Of a stretch of DNA of 64,000 bases, positions 1 to 9,532 are shown piece after piece (position 1 is the first letter of the stretch; every line of letters begins with the position of its first letter). Under the pieces are notes generated by a model. That model made no database searches. It was given only the letters and a program-made list of their open reading frames with translations, and was not told where the DNA came from. Source of the stretch: Prevotella sp. (GTDB taxonomy: Bacteria; Bacteroidota; Bacteroidia; Bacteroidales; Bacteroidaceae); the NCBI GenBank assembly GCA_017941345.1, contig JAGAWQ010000007.1, positions 39,108 to 103,107 on the forward strand, given 5' to 3'. The position numbers and the translations under genes are program-made.

Positions 1-105
1 AACCGCTCAACGCAGTCCATCGTTACCCGCTGCAAGTATTACGAGCGATACACCAGCGAAGAGGCGATGGAAGCTGCTGCCAAGAGCTATGGTGGGCTGA
101 AATAA
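1..105 (+). CDS. 3' end of an unidentified CDS running in from the left edge
   Basis: Frame 1 is open from base 1 (NRSTQSIVTRCKYYERYTSEEAMEAAAKSYGGLK) to TAA at 103-105; GC-rich like the core genes. Confidence 0.55.
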   Translation, partial: NRSTQSIVTRCKYYERYTSEEAMEAAAKSYGGLK

Positions 106-285
106 GGTTTTGTTGGTAAAAGTAAATATAAAATGTAATTTTGAGCTTTTATTTGCATATTTTGGTACAAAACGACCACAATTACAAATGTTTGTATTAC
201 CTTTGTACCGATTTTAAACGAATAATATGGTTGAGAAGATATCATCTGGCAGAAAGTCATGTGAGCTTATCTAACCACAGGCATC

Positions 286-413
286 CCCTACCCATACTGA
301 TGCCATACTCCAGCCTTCTTCTAAGCAGCTTCTAGCCTTATTCATGAGTAAGGCAGTAGTATGGCTACTGCTTGGGTAGAGCTTGGGATGAGCTTGGGTA
401 GAGTTGAGTGAAA
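286..413. repeat. Imperfect palindromic element with 11-bp tandem repeats
   Basis: Central palindrome gccttattca/tgagtaaggc (335-354); gccatact 302-309 pairs with agtatggc 358-365; 11-bp units gcttgggtaga, gcttgggatga, gcttgggtaga, gttgagtgaaa at 370-413. Confidence 0.65.
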
Positions 414-527
414 GCCATCTCAATTGTACCTTTGTAACACATTTTTAGCTGCCAAATTGGATGTTTTGATGCCATTTTGCCACTAAAAAGAAGAAATTTT
501 GTCTCTTTTTGAAACTTTTTTGTCTTT

Positions 528-561
528 TTTGTTGCAGTTCCAGAATTATTTTGTAATTTTG
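528..561 (+). promoter_or_regulatory. Bacteroidetes sigma-A-type promoter for the leader RNA and operon
   Basis: TAnnTTTG -7 box TAATTTTG at 554-561, with TTTG/TTG at 528-534 as the -33 element. Confidence 0.6.
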
Positions 562-567
562 CAGAAG

Positions 568-960
568 TGTTTTCGCATGAAGAGTCGGCTTTCGTTCGAT
601 GATGCTGTGGATCCACAAGACATATTTGCTCAAATTCTCCTGTCGAATTAGCACCTCAAAAGAGAAGTAACGAGCAAAATCCTAATTCCTGTTGGAGTAT
701 GCGCATAAGCGTAGACTTCATCCATAAGGAATTAGGGGCCGTGCTAAGCCTGACAGGAGATATGGCAGTTGTCTGCGCTTTCTCTGTGTGCATGGGTTAG
801 TGCTGATTAAGCCATTAACGAGAGTAACTAACCCTAAAGCAAAGAGCAAATATGGATATTCCGCTTGAGCTAAACAACATAGGAATCCGTCACGGATTAC
901 AGGGATATACAAGAAAGTCCTCAACGTTCAGTCACCAGACTGGCGTTGTAGGGCTTTCTG
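568..960 (+). ncRNA. Candidate large structured RNA (leader or independent ncRNA)
   Basis: Nested long-range helices: 621-631/844-854 (11 bp perfect), 636-654/741-760, 681-690/727-736 (10 bp perfect), 794-801/827-834, 856-862/902-908, long hairpin 912-959; no credible ORF. Confidence 0.7.
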
Positions 961-1025
961 CGTAAATAGTTCTATAATCATGGTTACAACCAAAGTTGTT
1001 TTTGCATTAATAAAAAAAGTCAGAT

Positions 1026-2201
1026 ATGAAAGTTCTTAAGTTTTTTACATTTCTATTAAGCGCATTGCTAATTACAGGATGCGGGAAATCACTTTTTGTG
1101 TCAGGTGGAAATACTGAAGAATACGAAGTGGATGATGACATAAAATTAAAAGTTTATCTTGAAAATTCCGGAAGTATGGACGGATTTATGGTTAATGGTT
1201 CGGAATTCAAAGATGCAGTATATGATTTTATTAGTGAAATAGATGCATGTGAAGTGGTCGACACAACGGAACTCTACTTTATTAATTCAAATTTAATTCC
1301 CTTCCCAAAGCAGGTTGATGATTACATACTTTATATGAATCCATCTTCATTTAAACTAATGGGAGGTAATCGGCAAAACTCTGATTTGGCAGATGTCATT
1401 GCCAAAGTTGTTAATAAATCTGACGACGAAACAGTGAGCATGCTTATATCAGACTTTATATGGGATGTGCCAGTAGGCTCACTTGATATGAACTCATCTA
1501 AAATTCGCAATGCAATTAAAAAGCAGGTCAATAATCAAAAGGATTTTACTGTTTATATCATGCAGTTGGAGTCTCGATTTAACAAGGCACACCGTCTTTA
1601 TTACATCTGGCTTTTCGGAAGTCGGAAATCGCTTTCTGCAATCTTCGAAAAAGTTCATCCGCAAGACATTAAGCACGGACTCAAAGACAACAACGTGGCT
1701 GTTTTTTCACCTGAAAGCGATTTAAATTGGCAGCTAGCATCAAAAAAACAATTTGCCGAGGTGAAATCTTCTCATGATGGAACATATAATTTCAGTTTCA
1801 ATGTTGCACTAAACAATACTTTACAACCAAGTGACATATTATTGTCTGAAGATAATTATGAATTTAGAAAAGGGGAAAGGGTAGAATTGAAGGATATTGT
1901 TGCAAATACAGAGAAAAACGATTATTCTCATACCATAAAATTGTCTGCTAAAGAAAACTTTTCCACAGGAACGTATGAATTGGCACTCAAGACAAGTAGT
2001 TTGCCAAAATGGGTAGAAGATTCCAACGCAAGTAGTCCACAAGACACAGCTGGAACGGCAGGTATAAAAAACCTCGTCCAAGGAGTCTGTGACGCATATA
2101 AAGAATTTAAATATAGCACTATTATTAAGTTCAAACTCTCTAAAACAAAGCCAGAGAATAGTAAGAAAAGTAAAAGTACAGAATCAAAAGATGACAAATA
2201 A
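1026..2201 (+). CDS. Lipoprotein with VWA-like domain
   Basis: Lipobox ITGC; VYLENSGSMDG resembles a degenerate MIDAS DxSxS; later hydrophobic strand ending in ISD. Confidence 0.65.
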   Translation: MKVLKFFTFLLSALLITGCGKSLFVSGGNTEEYEVDDDIKLKVYLENSGSMDGFMVNGSEFKDAVYDFISEIDACEVVDTTELYFINSNLIPFPKQVDDYILYMNPSSFKLMGGNRQNSDLADVIAKVVNKSDDETVSMLISDFIWDVPVGSLDMNSSKIRNAIKKQVNNQKDFTVYIMQLESRFNKAHRLYYIWLFGSRKSLSAIFEKVHPQDIKHGLKDNNVAVFSPESDLNWQLASKKQFAEVKSSHDGTYNFSFNVALNNTLQPSDILLSEDNYEFRKGERVELKDIVANTEKNDYSHTIKLSAKENFSTGTYELALKTSSLPKWVEDSNASSPQDTAGTAGIKNLVQGVCDAYKEFKYSTIIKFKLSKTKPENSKKSKSTESKDDK

Positions 2202-2220
2202 AACATTAAATTAAAATAGT

Positions 2221-2724
2221 ATGGATTTCTTAGGAGAATTTTTTGGAACTATGTATTGTTGGTTTGAGACATTTTTTGGTCTTGACCTTGCAAACTACAT
2301 GTGGGGTGGTTCTTTAGAAACCACTGATGGTGCGGCACATTTCCAGTCAGATGGAAACATGTTCGTTGTTGTTGGCATCACAATGTGCTTAATTTCATTA
2401 TTCACATTTTCTCTTTTTTACTATATTGTTAATCACCCCAAACTTAATCACTGGTGGGGATGGCTACTATTTTGGATTTCCAACGGTGTTATAAACCTTA
2501 TTGTTGGATGGTCATGGACTCTTTCTCATTTGAATTCAGGAGAAATGAATGTTATTGAAACAGCCTCCGGCAGTGAAATAAGCCCTGATGATTATATCAA
2601 CAGTACTGATTGTTTCTGTTTCGGTATTTCTAACATGGTACTTGCTTTGATTTTCATGTTTGCTTTCTCTATGCTTTTTAAGTGGTGGAGTTCCAATTGC
2701 TCTAAAGCTCCATTTGTAAAATAA
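2221..2724 (+). CDS. Membrane protein with about 3 TM helices
   Basis: Three hydrophobic segments, Trp-rich; operonic spacing. Confidence 0.75.
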   Translation: MDFLGEFFGTMYCWFETFFGLDLANYMWGGSLETTDGAAHFQSDGNMFVVVGITMCLISLFTFSLFYYIVNHPKLNHWWGWLLFWISNGVINLIVGWSWTLSHLNSGEMNVIETASGSEISPDDYINSTDCFCFGISNMVLALIFMFAFSMLFKWWSSNCSKAPFVK

Positions 2725-2739
2725 TAAATTGATAATTGT

Positions 2740-4188
2740 ATGGCTAAACTTTTTGTTTTTGGTATTGGCGGAACGGGTTCAAGAGTCCTTCGTTCTTTAA
2801 CAATGATGTTGGCTGCTGGCGTAGATACTAATGGATACGAAATTGTGCCAATAATAATAGATCCAGACGGTTCTAATTATGATCTTACCCTTAATATAAC
2901 CCTAATGAATCAGTACAATAAAATTAGGGGGAAACTTAATTTTGCTCAAAGTAAAAACAAGTTTTTCAAGACACCAATTCATGAGGGTGAGAATGGCTAC
3001 ATGCTCAATGTTAAGAATACTAATAATAAAACATTTGAACAATTTATTGGGCTCTCAACTATGAGCACACCAACCCGGGCAATGACTGAGATGTTGTTTT
3101 CAAGTAAAAACTTGAAAGCAAAAATGGATGTCGGTTTTAAAGGTAACCCTAATATTGGAAGCGTCGTTCTTAACCAGATAGTGACACCTGAAGACGCTAC
3201 CGATGAAAATCCTGTATCAGAGGAATTCATGTCGTTTGCAAATTCTTTCTCAGATGGAGACAAAATATTTATAGTTAGTTCCATTTTTGGAGGTACGGGT
3301 GCTAGTGGATTCCCTTTGTTATTAAAGAGTTTACGCCTAAATACTAATATCCCCAATCAAAACTTAATTAATAATGCGGAAATTGGTGCTATTACAGTTC
3401 TGCCATATTTTAAGTTGGAGGTAAATTCTGATTCTGAAGTTAATTCTGATACATTTATGTCTAAAGCACGAGCTGCACTTGGATATTACGAAGATAATGT
3501 TAAAGATGAAATAAATGCTCTATATTTTATAGCAGACGACAAATACAACCAATACAAGCACAATGAAGGAGGCCCTGCGCAGAAAGACAAAGCCCATTTG
3601 GTGGAATTTTTTGCGGCTTCTGCCATAGTAGACTTTGCGCATAGGACATTTAAAGGGCAACATCAATATTTGGAACTTGGCATTAATGATGCGCATTTAA
3701 AAGACAACAAACCTGTTGAATCTGTGAGATTTACCGATTTTTATAGTAAGCTTACACGTTATTTGAGACGTCCACTTACTATGTTTGCGCTTACTGCTAA
3801 TTGTTTTAATAATGAAAAGAGTAAGATTACGTCCAACTCCTTAGATCAGAATGGCAGGATGTTTAAAGACACAGAATCTTTTTACAATAGTGAATTTGTA
3901 AGCGATTTTTGTGATTTTCTTAAACAGTATCTATTATGGTTAAAGGAATTGGCAGAAAACAACAGACAATTGGATTTGTTTAAACTTGATTGCGGTAGTA
4001 AGCCATTTAACATTGTCAATGGCATAGAACCGAGTAAAGTTGCCAGTTTTTTAAGTGACTATTCTTTGTATTTTAGTTATTTAAATGGCACAAGCATCAC
4101 CCCGGGTATTTCTGATAACGACAAATTTATGGAAATGCATTATCTTGCTACGGAAAAAATTACAAAGGACAAAATTAAATTGCAATAA
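2740..4188 (+). CDS. Divergent tubulin/FtsZ-like GTPase (Tubulin_2/FtsZ-like family)
   Basis: N-terminal FGIGGTG loop, GFKGNPNIG, and tubulin signature variant SIFGGTGASG followed by ITVLPYF. Confidence 0.85.
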   Translation: MAKLFVFGIGGTGSRVLRSLTMMLAAGVDTNGYEIVPIIIDPDGSNYDLTLNITLMNQYNKIRGKLNFAQSKNKFFKTPIHEGENGYMLNVKNTNNKTFEQFIGLSTMSTPTRAMTEMLFSSKNLKAKMDVGFKGNPNIGSVVLNQIVTPEDATDENPVSEEFMSFANSFSDGDKIFIVSSIFGGTGASGFPLLLKSLRLNTNIPNQNLINNAEIGAITVLPYFKLEVNSDSEVNSDTFMSKARAALGYYEDNVKDEINALYFIADDKYNQYKHNEGGPAQKDKAHLVEFFAASAIVDFAHRTFKGQHQYLELGINDAHLKDNKPVESVRFTDFYSKLTRYLRRPLTMFALTANCFNNEKSKITSNSLDQNGRMFKDTESFYNSEFVSDFCDFLKQYLLWLKELAENNRQLDLFKLDCGSKPFNIVNGIEPSKVASFLSDYSLYFSYLNGTSITPGISDNDKFMEMHYLATEKITKDKIKLQ

Positions 4189-4190
4189 TT

Positions 4191-7100
4191 ATGGCTAAAG
4201 TATTTAGAATATATAAAGGTGGAAATGACACTTATGAGGATTGGAAAGAGTCTCCTAATTTCCCCTACAATCAAACGAATCGTTCGTTGGAAAACATGGT
4301 CGACCCAGGTGGTGACAACCCATCAAACGAAATAACATCTATACCATCTCCTTTCGCAAGGATCGATTTGGTAAAGAATGCTTTTCGTGAAGTTGTGCAA
4401 TCATGTAAGGTTAATAGCGGCAGAACAGATTTGAGCGGTCTTTCTGGGACCACGATATATAATAAGATGGTCTCTGACACTTTGGATGTCGCTGAAATTT
4501 TCTTTAACATCGACAAGTATGACGGAATTGTAGAAATCCTGTCTTGGAATCCTGCTCAGGCAATAGAAGAACTGAAAGACTCGGATATGGACGGACATTA
4601 CAATTATGCTGACGCACTGGAGAAATTCATGAAATCCGATTCAGAGACATACAATTTCGATTTAGGTCAGAATTTCTACTTGCTTAATTATCTCAATGGT
4701 GAAAGCGAATTGAATATTATTGGCTCCACTTCTCCTGCCACATTGTTTTTCTGTAGTGCAAACGATCTTCAAAAAGTTGGAGAAGATATTGTTTTCGGTC
4801 AGGACAAGCCATTCGACTCAGAATACCAACCGCTTTTCAAACGTGATATAGAGTTTGTGAAGTCACTTTTTTTGTTACGTAAAATAAATCCAGAATTTGC
4901 AGCTCAATATCCAGAAGTTAATGATTATTTGGATTTGACTTTGAAAGCAATTACAGACCCTGATAAGAAAAAAGCTATTAGGGATCTAACGGAAGCAAAT
5001 AGAACAGATTTTGAAGAGATCGTAATTACTGATAATGAACAGCAAAACATCGTAGAAGTTAATACGGACAAAATATATAAAAGAGGTGCCGTTCCAGTTA
5101 GCAGCGATTTTGAAATAGCCGCAACTCGTGAATTGAACATACTTCCCTTAGTGCTTCCTGTGGAATCAGGAACTAGATACCAAAATTTCTGGTATGTTAC
5201 AGATAAATGGGGTAACCAAAACAAGGCGCCTTTCAAGGTAAGTAAAAAAGTGGACGGTCAAATTGTTGAAGTTAATTATGACCTTAGAACTCTTCCAGGA
5301 GAGGGAACCCAGCACCCGTATTTGACGATCAGTGACTTCTTAGAAGACAATTTGATACCTATTCCTCATGGAACAAATAAAAAGTATCTGTTTGATGGTA
5401 ATTTGAAAGCTTCAACAAACCCACAGATAAGTGAAGAAACGACTTATTTGCTTCCTGTGAAGGATTTGTTCTTCCGCTTTTTCCATTTGAAAGACTTATA
5501 TGGTAACATTCCGAACACTAATGTTCAGAAGAAGATGTTTGAAATGGAATATTTGGCTGGCGGCGGTGTAAAGGTAACATTGCGTATACCTGTTAAAGGT
5601 AATGACTCTATTAACTTTATAGAATATACTCGTACATATTATAAAGAACGTTCTGCCAATGTTGACGAAAGTCATAACGATGGCGCATTGCTTAATGAAA
5701 AACAATTCAGTGATGTGAACCTGCTGATTATGCCTTGCGTGGAGTTCTCGAACCCGACAGATGGTATATATCGCGTTTTCTTAATGCGTGATAAATCTGA
5801 CAGTATAGCTCTGGATTTTTATAACGATGGAAAAATATTAGAAAAAGTAGGATTGGATTGCAGAAACGAAAACGGAGAATACCAGTTGTCTACTGATGTG
5901 TATGTCATAGATAATAATGTATTTGACGTTATAAAGTTTAAGATTTCTGGAGCAAACGGATTGATTATTCCGAAGTTTAAAGGCAATGCAGAGAATGAAT
6001 CGTATACATTTGCTGTTGACCTTGGAACAACAAACACTCATGTTGAATACAAAAAAACAAATTCGCGAGGCAATTGCTCACCATTGGTGTTTAATACGGC
6101 AGATTCGATTGTAACCAAAGCTGACGATGAAATGGCGGCAAGTCTATTCTTACCTCGAACTCAAATAATTGAGGGCAAGAAAGTTGTGGTCGAGTTCGAA
6201 CGCCAGAAGTCAATAGTTGAACGCGACATCTTCCCATCAACATTTAATTCTGAAGTGGATTTCCACTTCCCAACAAGAACCATGATGTCCGTTGCCAATT
6301 GTCTTAATTGGGATGATGCTATCAACACCTTTGGACTTGCGAACATTGCATTTGCCTATTGTAAGCGTTCTGCCATTGCGTATAACAAGGATTTGGAGGA
6401 GAGTGTCAAATGGGGTACAGGAGGTAATAGCAACAACATTACCAAAGCCTTTATTGAAAACCTACTATTTATTATAAGAAATAAGGTGGTATTAAATAAT
6501 GGCAAGTTGAGTAACACTACAATTACATGGTTTTATCCTGCAAGTATGGCAACGGGGCGAAGGAATAATTTTGCACAAACGTGGAATAATGTTTGTCAAA
6601 AATATTTCGGCAATGGTGTAACCGTAAAACGTATGACGGAGTCAGAAGCACCAGTCAATTACTTCTTTGAAAAGGAACGTAATGCAACAGATATGATTAC
6701 AGTCGACATTGGTGGCGGAACAACTGATATTGCCTTTGCTAAAGATAGGGAGCTTAAGCTTATCACATCATTTAAATTTGCTGCAAATACGTTGTTTGAA
6801 AATGCTCTTGCAGGCTTGAATACCTCAAACGGCATTGTGGATTACTATAAAGATAAGATTCACAAAAAAATTGAAGGAAAGAACAATGAAATAGATACTA
6901 TTTTTGCAGAGCTTGACCAAAAACCAGCAGAGATGGCATCATTCCTGTTTGGTCTCAAGGAGAACTTATATGTCGATCAGACAGGAATTAATAAAGACGA
7001 AATAGATTTCCTGCACAAATTACAAGAAGATGGTGATTTCAAAATAGTATTTATTCTATTCTATTCTGCAATCATCTACCATATTGCACAAATAATAAAA

Positions 7101-7724
7101 TCTGGAGGATTGGACTATCCCAGACATATCGCATTTAGTGGCAATGGCAGTAAAGCAATTAAAGCAATATCACCTGACGAAGGAACTTTGGCTCTTTTTA
7201 CGAAGAAGATGATAGAGCTTATTGTTGGCAGACCTTATGACAAGCAGTTAAGTATCATAGGACTAGACAAGGATGCAAACCCGAAGGAGTCTACATGTAA
7301 AGGAGGAATGTATCAAAATATTGTTGAGGATGCGCATGAACTAATTAAAGTTTTCATGTGTGGTAGCAACAGGTTCTCTGAAGAAGAGGATACTTATGAA
7401 AAATTGCCAACCAACTATCAGGATAAGGTGAAGGAAGAAGTTCAGAAATTCTTTAAGTTCGTACTTGAAGACATGAACAAAGCTTTCAAGTTTGGTGACA
7501 ATTTTGAAATGTCTCAAAAAGCATTTGAGATCGCAAAGGGAATTGCATTTGACAAGAATAATGACATCTCGACATATCTACAACGTGGAGTGGAAGCTCG
7601 TATTAGTGACGGCTCCCGTTCTGATCAAGTCGGAGAGACATTCTTCTTCTATCCAATTATCGGTTTGATTTCTGACATTTCTGATGGAATATACAACTCA
7701 CTGACAAAACCACAGGACAAATGA
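4191..7724 (+). CDS. Large protein with C-terminal actin/Hsp70-fold ATPase (SrfB-like)
   Basis: Phosphate-1 AVDLGTTNT, connect ESEAP, phosphate-2 VDIGGGTTD, adenosine FSGNGSK; ~600-aa N-terminal region of unknown fold (TSIPSPFAR motif). Confidence 0.8.
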   Translation: MAKVFRIYKGGNDTYEDWKESPNFPYNQTNRSLENMVDPGGDNPSNEITSIPSPFARIDLVKNAFREVVQSCKVNSGRTDLSGLSGTTIYNKMVSDTLDVAEIFFNIDKYDGIVEILSWNPAQAIEELKDSDMDGHYNYADALEKFMKSDSETYNFDLGQNFYLLNYLNGESELNIIGSTSPATLFFCSANDLQKVGEDIVFGQDKPFDSEYQPLFKRDIEFVKSLFLLRKINPEFAAQYPEVNDYLDLTLKAITDPDKKKAIRDLTEANRTDFEEIVITDNEQQNIVEVNTDKIYKRGAVPVSSDFEIAATRELNILPLVLPVESGTRYQNFWYVTDKWGNQNKAPFKVSKKVDGQIVEVNYDLRTLPGEGTQHPYLTISDFLEDNLIPIPHGTNKKYLFDGNLKASTNPQISEETTYLLPVKDLFFRFFHLKDLYGNIPNTNVQKKMFEMEYLAGGGVKVTLRIPVKGNDSINFIEYTRTYYKERSANVDESHNDGALLNEKQFSDVNLLIMPCVEFSNPTDGIYRVFLMRDKSDSIALDFYNDGKILEKVGLDCRNENGEYQLSTDVYVIDNNVFDVIKFKISGANGLIIPKFKGNAENESYTFAVDLGTTNTHVEYKKTNSRGNCSPLVFNTADSIVTKADDEMAASLFLPRTQIIEGKKVVVEFERQKSIVERDIFPSTFNSEVDFHFPTRTMMSVANCLNWDDAINTFGLANIAFAYCKRSAIAYNKDLEESVKWGTGGNSNNITKAFIENLLFIIRNKVVLNNGKLSNTTITWFYPASMATGRRNNFAQTWNNVCQKYFGNGVTVKRMTESEAPVNYFFEKERNATDMITVDIGGGTTDIAFAKDRELKLITSFKFAANTLFENALAGLNTSNGIVDYYKDKIHKKIEGKNNEIDTIFAELDQKPAEMASFLFGLKENLYVDQTGINKDEIDFLHKLQEDGDFKIVFILFYSAIIYHIAQIIKSGGLDYPRHIAFSGNGSKAIKAISPDEGTLALFTKKMIELIVGRPYDKQLSIIGLDKDANPKESTCKGGMYQNIVEDAHELIKVFMCGSNRFSEEEDTYEKLPTNYQDKVKEEVQKFFKFVLEDMNKAFKFGDNFEMSQKAFEIAKGIAFDKNNDISTYLQRGVEARISDGSRSDQVGETFFFYPIIGLISDISDGIYNSLTKPQDK

Positions 7725-8812
7725 AGCATTTAAATAATTGTATCACGTTAATACTCTCACTGGCATTTCTAATGTCAGTGGGAGCTTGCGACCGTCATAG
7801 CGGTCGTGGCAGAACAGATTTACAAAGTGGCAAAGACAGCTTAAATCAAGAGGAAAACGTCAATGACACTGCAAAAACAACGATTATAAAAGAATTAACA
7901 AAAGAGCAAAAAGACTCAATTGCTAAAGCAAGGCAGGACTCGATTATAAAGACGAAGCAAGACTCTGCTAACCAAGTTGTTGTTAATGAAATAGCAAGGC
8001 GTATTAAAGCAATGCCGGACTCTATTCTTGATAATAAACTGGCAGAAATAAAGGCACAATCAAATAATGCAGAAAGCAGAATCTCTGAAATCGAGACTTA
8101 TTTATTCATAATTGTGGGATTAATGGTTTTAATAATTCTTTTATATATTTGGCTCTTCTTCAAGTTGATTTATAAAACTGGGGATTTATATAATAATCAG
8201 ACGGATTTAAAAACGAGGTTAGACAGACTTTCTAATGATTCTGATTTAAATAGTGGTAATCAAATATTGGTTAATAGGTCTGCCAATATTAGCACTAATG
8301 AATTGCAGATTACTAACATTATAGAGCATATACTTAAAGAAAAGGGGGTAATACCTTATCAAAAGTATAATTCTTCATTTGGAAGTGAGAGCTATTCACC
8401 TCGTACAATGGACAACAGCAGAACACAAGAAACCAGGAATGAAGAAAAGACGGATAACAACAAGAATGATTTGGGGAAGAATAAGACATATACGTATTCT
8501 TCAAATGATTCAACAGCCAAAAATGTTGTTTATTTAGGTCTACCCATAAACAATCAATATTTTAAGGCTGAAGAAAAAGGTGATAGTAATTGCTTTGTTG
8601 CAGAAATATCCAAGAATGGGAATAGAGGGTTCTTTAATTTGATATCATTGGACAGAATCAAATCAGACACGATATCTTCTAGTGTGCTAAATATTACTGG
8701 TAAGGTCAAATTGTCTGATGCTTCAAATTTTGAAACTATCGTTGAAGGAAAAATTATCAAAGCAGATGATTTTTGGAAGGTTGAAGTACCATTAACAATT
8801 TTAATAAGTTAG
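7721..8812 (+). CDS. Lipoprotein-signal protein with coiled coil, internal TM helix and C-terminal beta-rich domain
   Basis: Lipobox VGAC; TM segment YLFIIVGLMVLIILLYIWLFF; overlaps upstream stop (ATGA). Confidence 0.75.
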   Translation: MKHLNNCITLILSLAFLMSVGACDRHSGRGRTDLQSGKDSLNQEENVNDTAKTTIIKELTKEQKDSIAKARQDSIIKTKQDSANQVVVNEIARRIKAMPDSILDNKLAEIKAQSNNAESRISEIETYLFIIVGLMVLIILLYIWLFFKLIYKTGDLYNNQTDLKTRLDRLSNDSDLNSGNQILVNRSANISTNELQITNIIEHILKEKGVIPYQKYNSSFGSESYSPRTMDNSRTQETRNEEKTDNNKNDLGKNKTYTYSSNDSTAKNVVYLGLPINNQYFKAEEKGDSNCFVAEISKNGNRGFFNLISLDRIKSDTISSSVLNITGKVKLSDASNFETIVEGKIIKADDFWKVEVPLTILIS

Positions 8813-8815
8813 TAC

Positions 8816-9517
8816 ATGAATTTCTTACTTTTTATAGGTGCTATCGTATGCTCCCTCATTTTTTTCGGGGGAGCTTTATACTTTTATTGGGTATTCTTCT
8901 CTAATAATAAGAGATTTTCATTGCATAATTTATTTTCGCACCCAGAGGCAGATACAAAAGAAATAGAACATTGTATTGACTCGTCTACAGCAAAAATTCT
9001 TCAATCATTGCACGATGTAAAAATTGGTATTGGGCAAATAATTCAAAACAAAGATATCAAGAATCTAGAAGATGAACTTAAGGAAGTTAAGAAGATGCTT
9101 AATATACTATCCTATGATTCAAGCCAAAGATTTGAAACCATAGAATTTTTTATTACTGAAATTAAAAATCAAAATGAGTCAGAAATTTCAATAGTTAGCA
9201 AGAATTTAGGACAAACTGAAAAGCATGGATATTTTGGTTTCCCTATTTCGCAAAAATACTTAAAATTTCAAATAGATAAAACTGATGACTGCTTTTTCTC
9301 TGCATTAATTAATGACAAGGACAAAGGTACGTATGATTTACTATCTTTGGATAAGATTAAATCTGAAGATGGACTGGATCATGTAATTAAATTCGTGGGA
9401 AATATTAGAAAGTCTGAAGCTAGGTATCATAAAGTGATTAAGGAGGGTATCGTATCCAAAATTGATGATAGAGATTTGTGGAAAATCGAAAACCCTCTCA
9501 TCATAGAGTTATCATAA
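8816..9517 (+). CDS. N-terminally anchored membrane protein, C-terminal domain paralogous to 7721-8812
   Basis: N-terminal TM; C-terminal ~95 aa align by eye with the previous ORF (GxPI..Y, SLD.IKS, EG.....DD..WK.E.PL.I..S). Confidence 0.75.
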   Translation: MNFLLFIGAIVCSLIFFGGALYFYWVFFSNNKRFSLHNLFSHPEADTKEIEHCIDSSTAKILQSLHDVKIGIGQIIQNKDIKNLEDELKEVKKMLNILSYDSSQRFETIEFFITEIKNQNESEISIVSKNLGQTEKHGYFGFPISQKYLKFQIDKTDDCFFSALINDKDKGTYDLLSLDKIKSEDGLDHVIKFVGNIRKSEARYHKVIKEGIVSKIDDRDLWKIENPLIIELS

Positions 9518-9532
9518 TTCAAATAGTAAGAT

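Noticed and set aside
141-924. Short ORFs 141-335, 365-616, 445-654 and 718-924
   Set aside because: They overlap repeats, promoter or structured RNA and show no protein-like motifs
568-960. RNase P RNA, tmRNA, group II intron or retron ncRNA as the identity of the structured leader
   Set aside because: GAAAGTCC occurs only near the 3' end inside a hairpin; no tRNA-like ends, no domain V motif and no reverse transcriptase in the window
2740-7724. Housekeeping ftsZ/ftsA or dnaK
   Set aside because: Sizes, motifs and AT-rich island context do not fit; no dcw genes nearby
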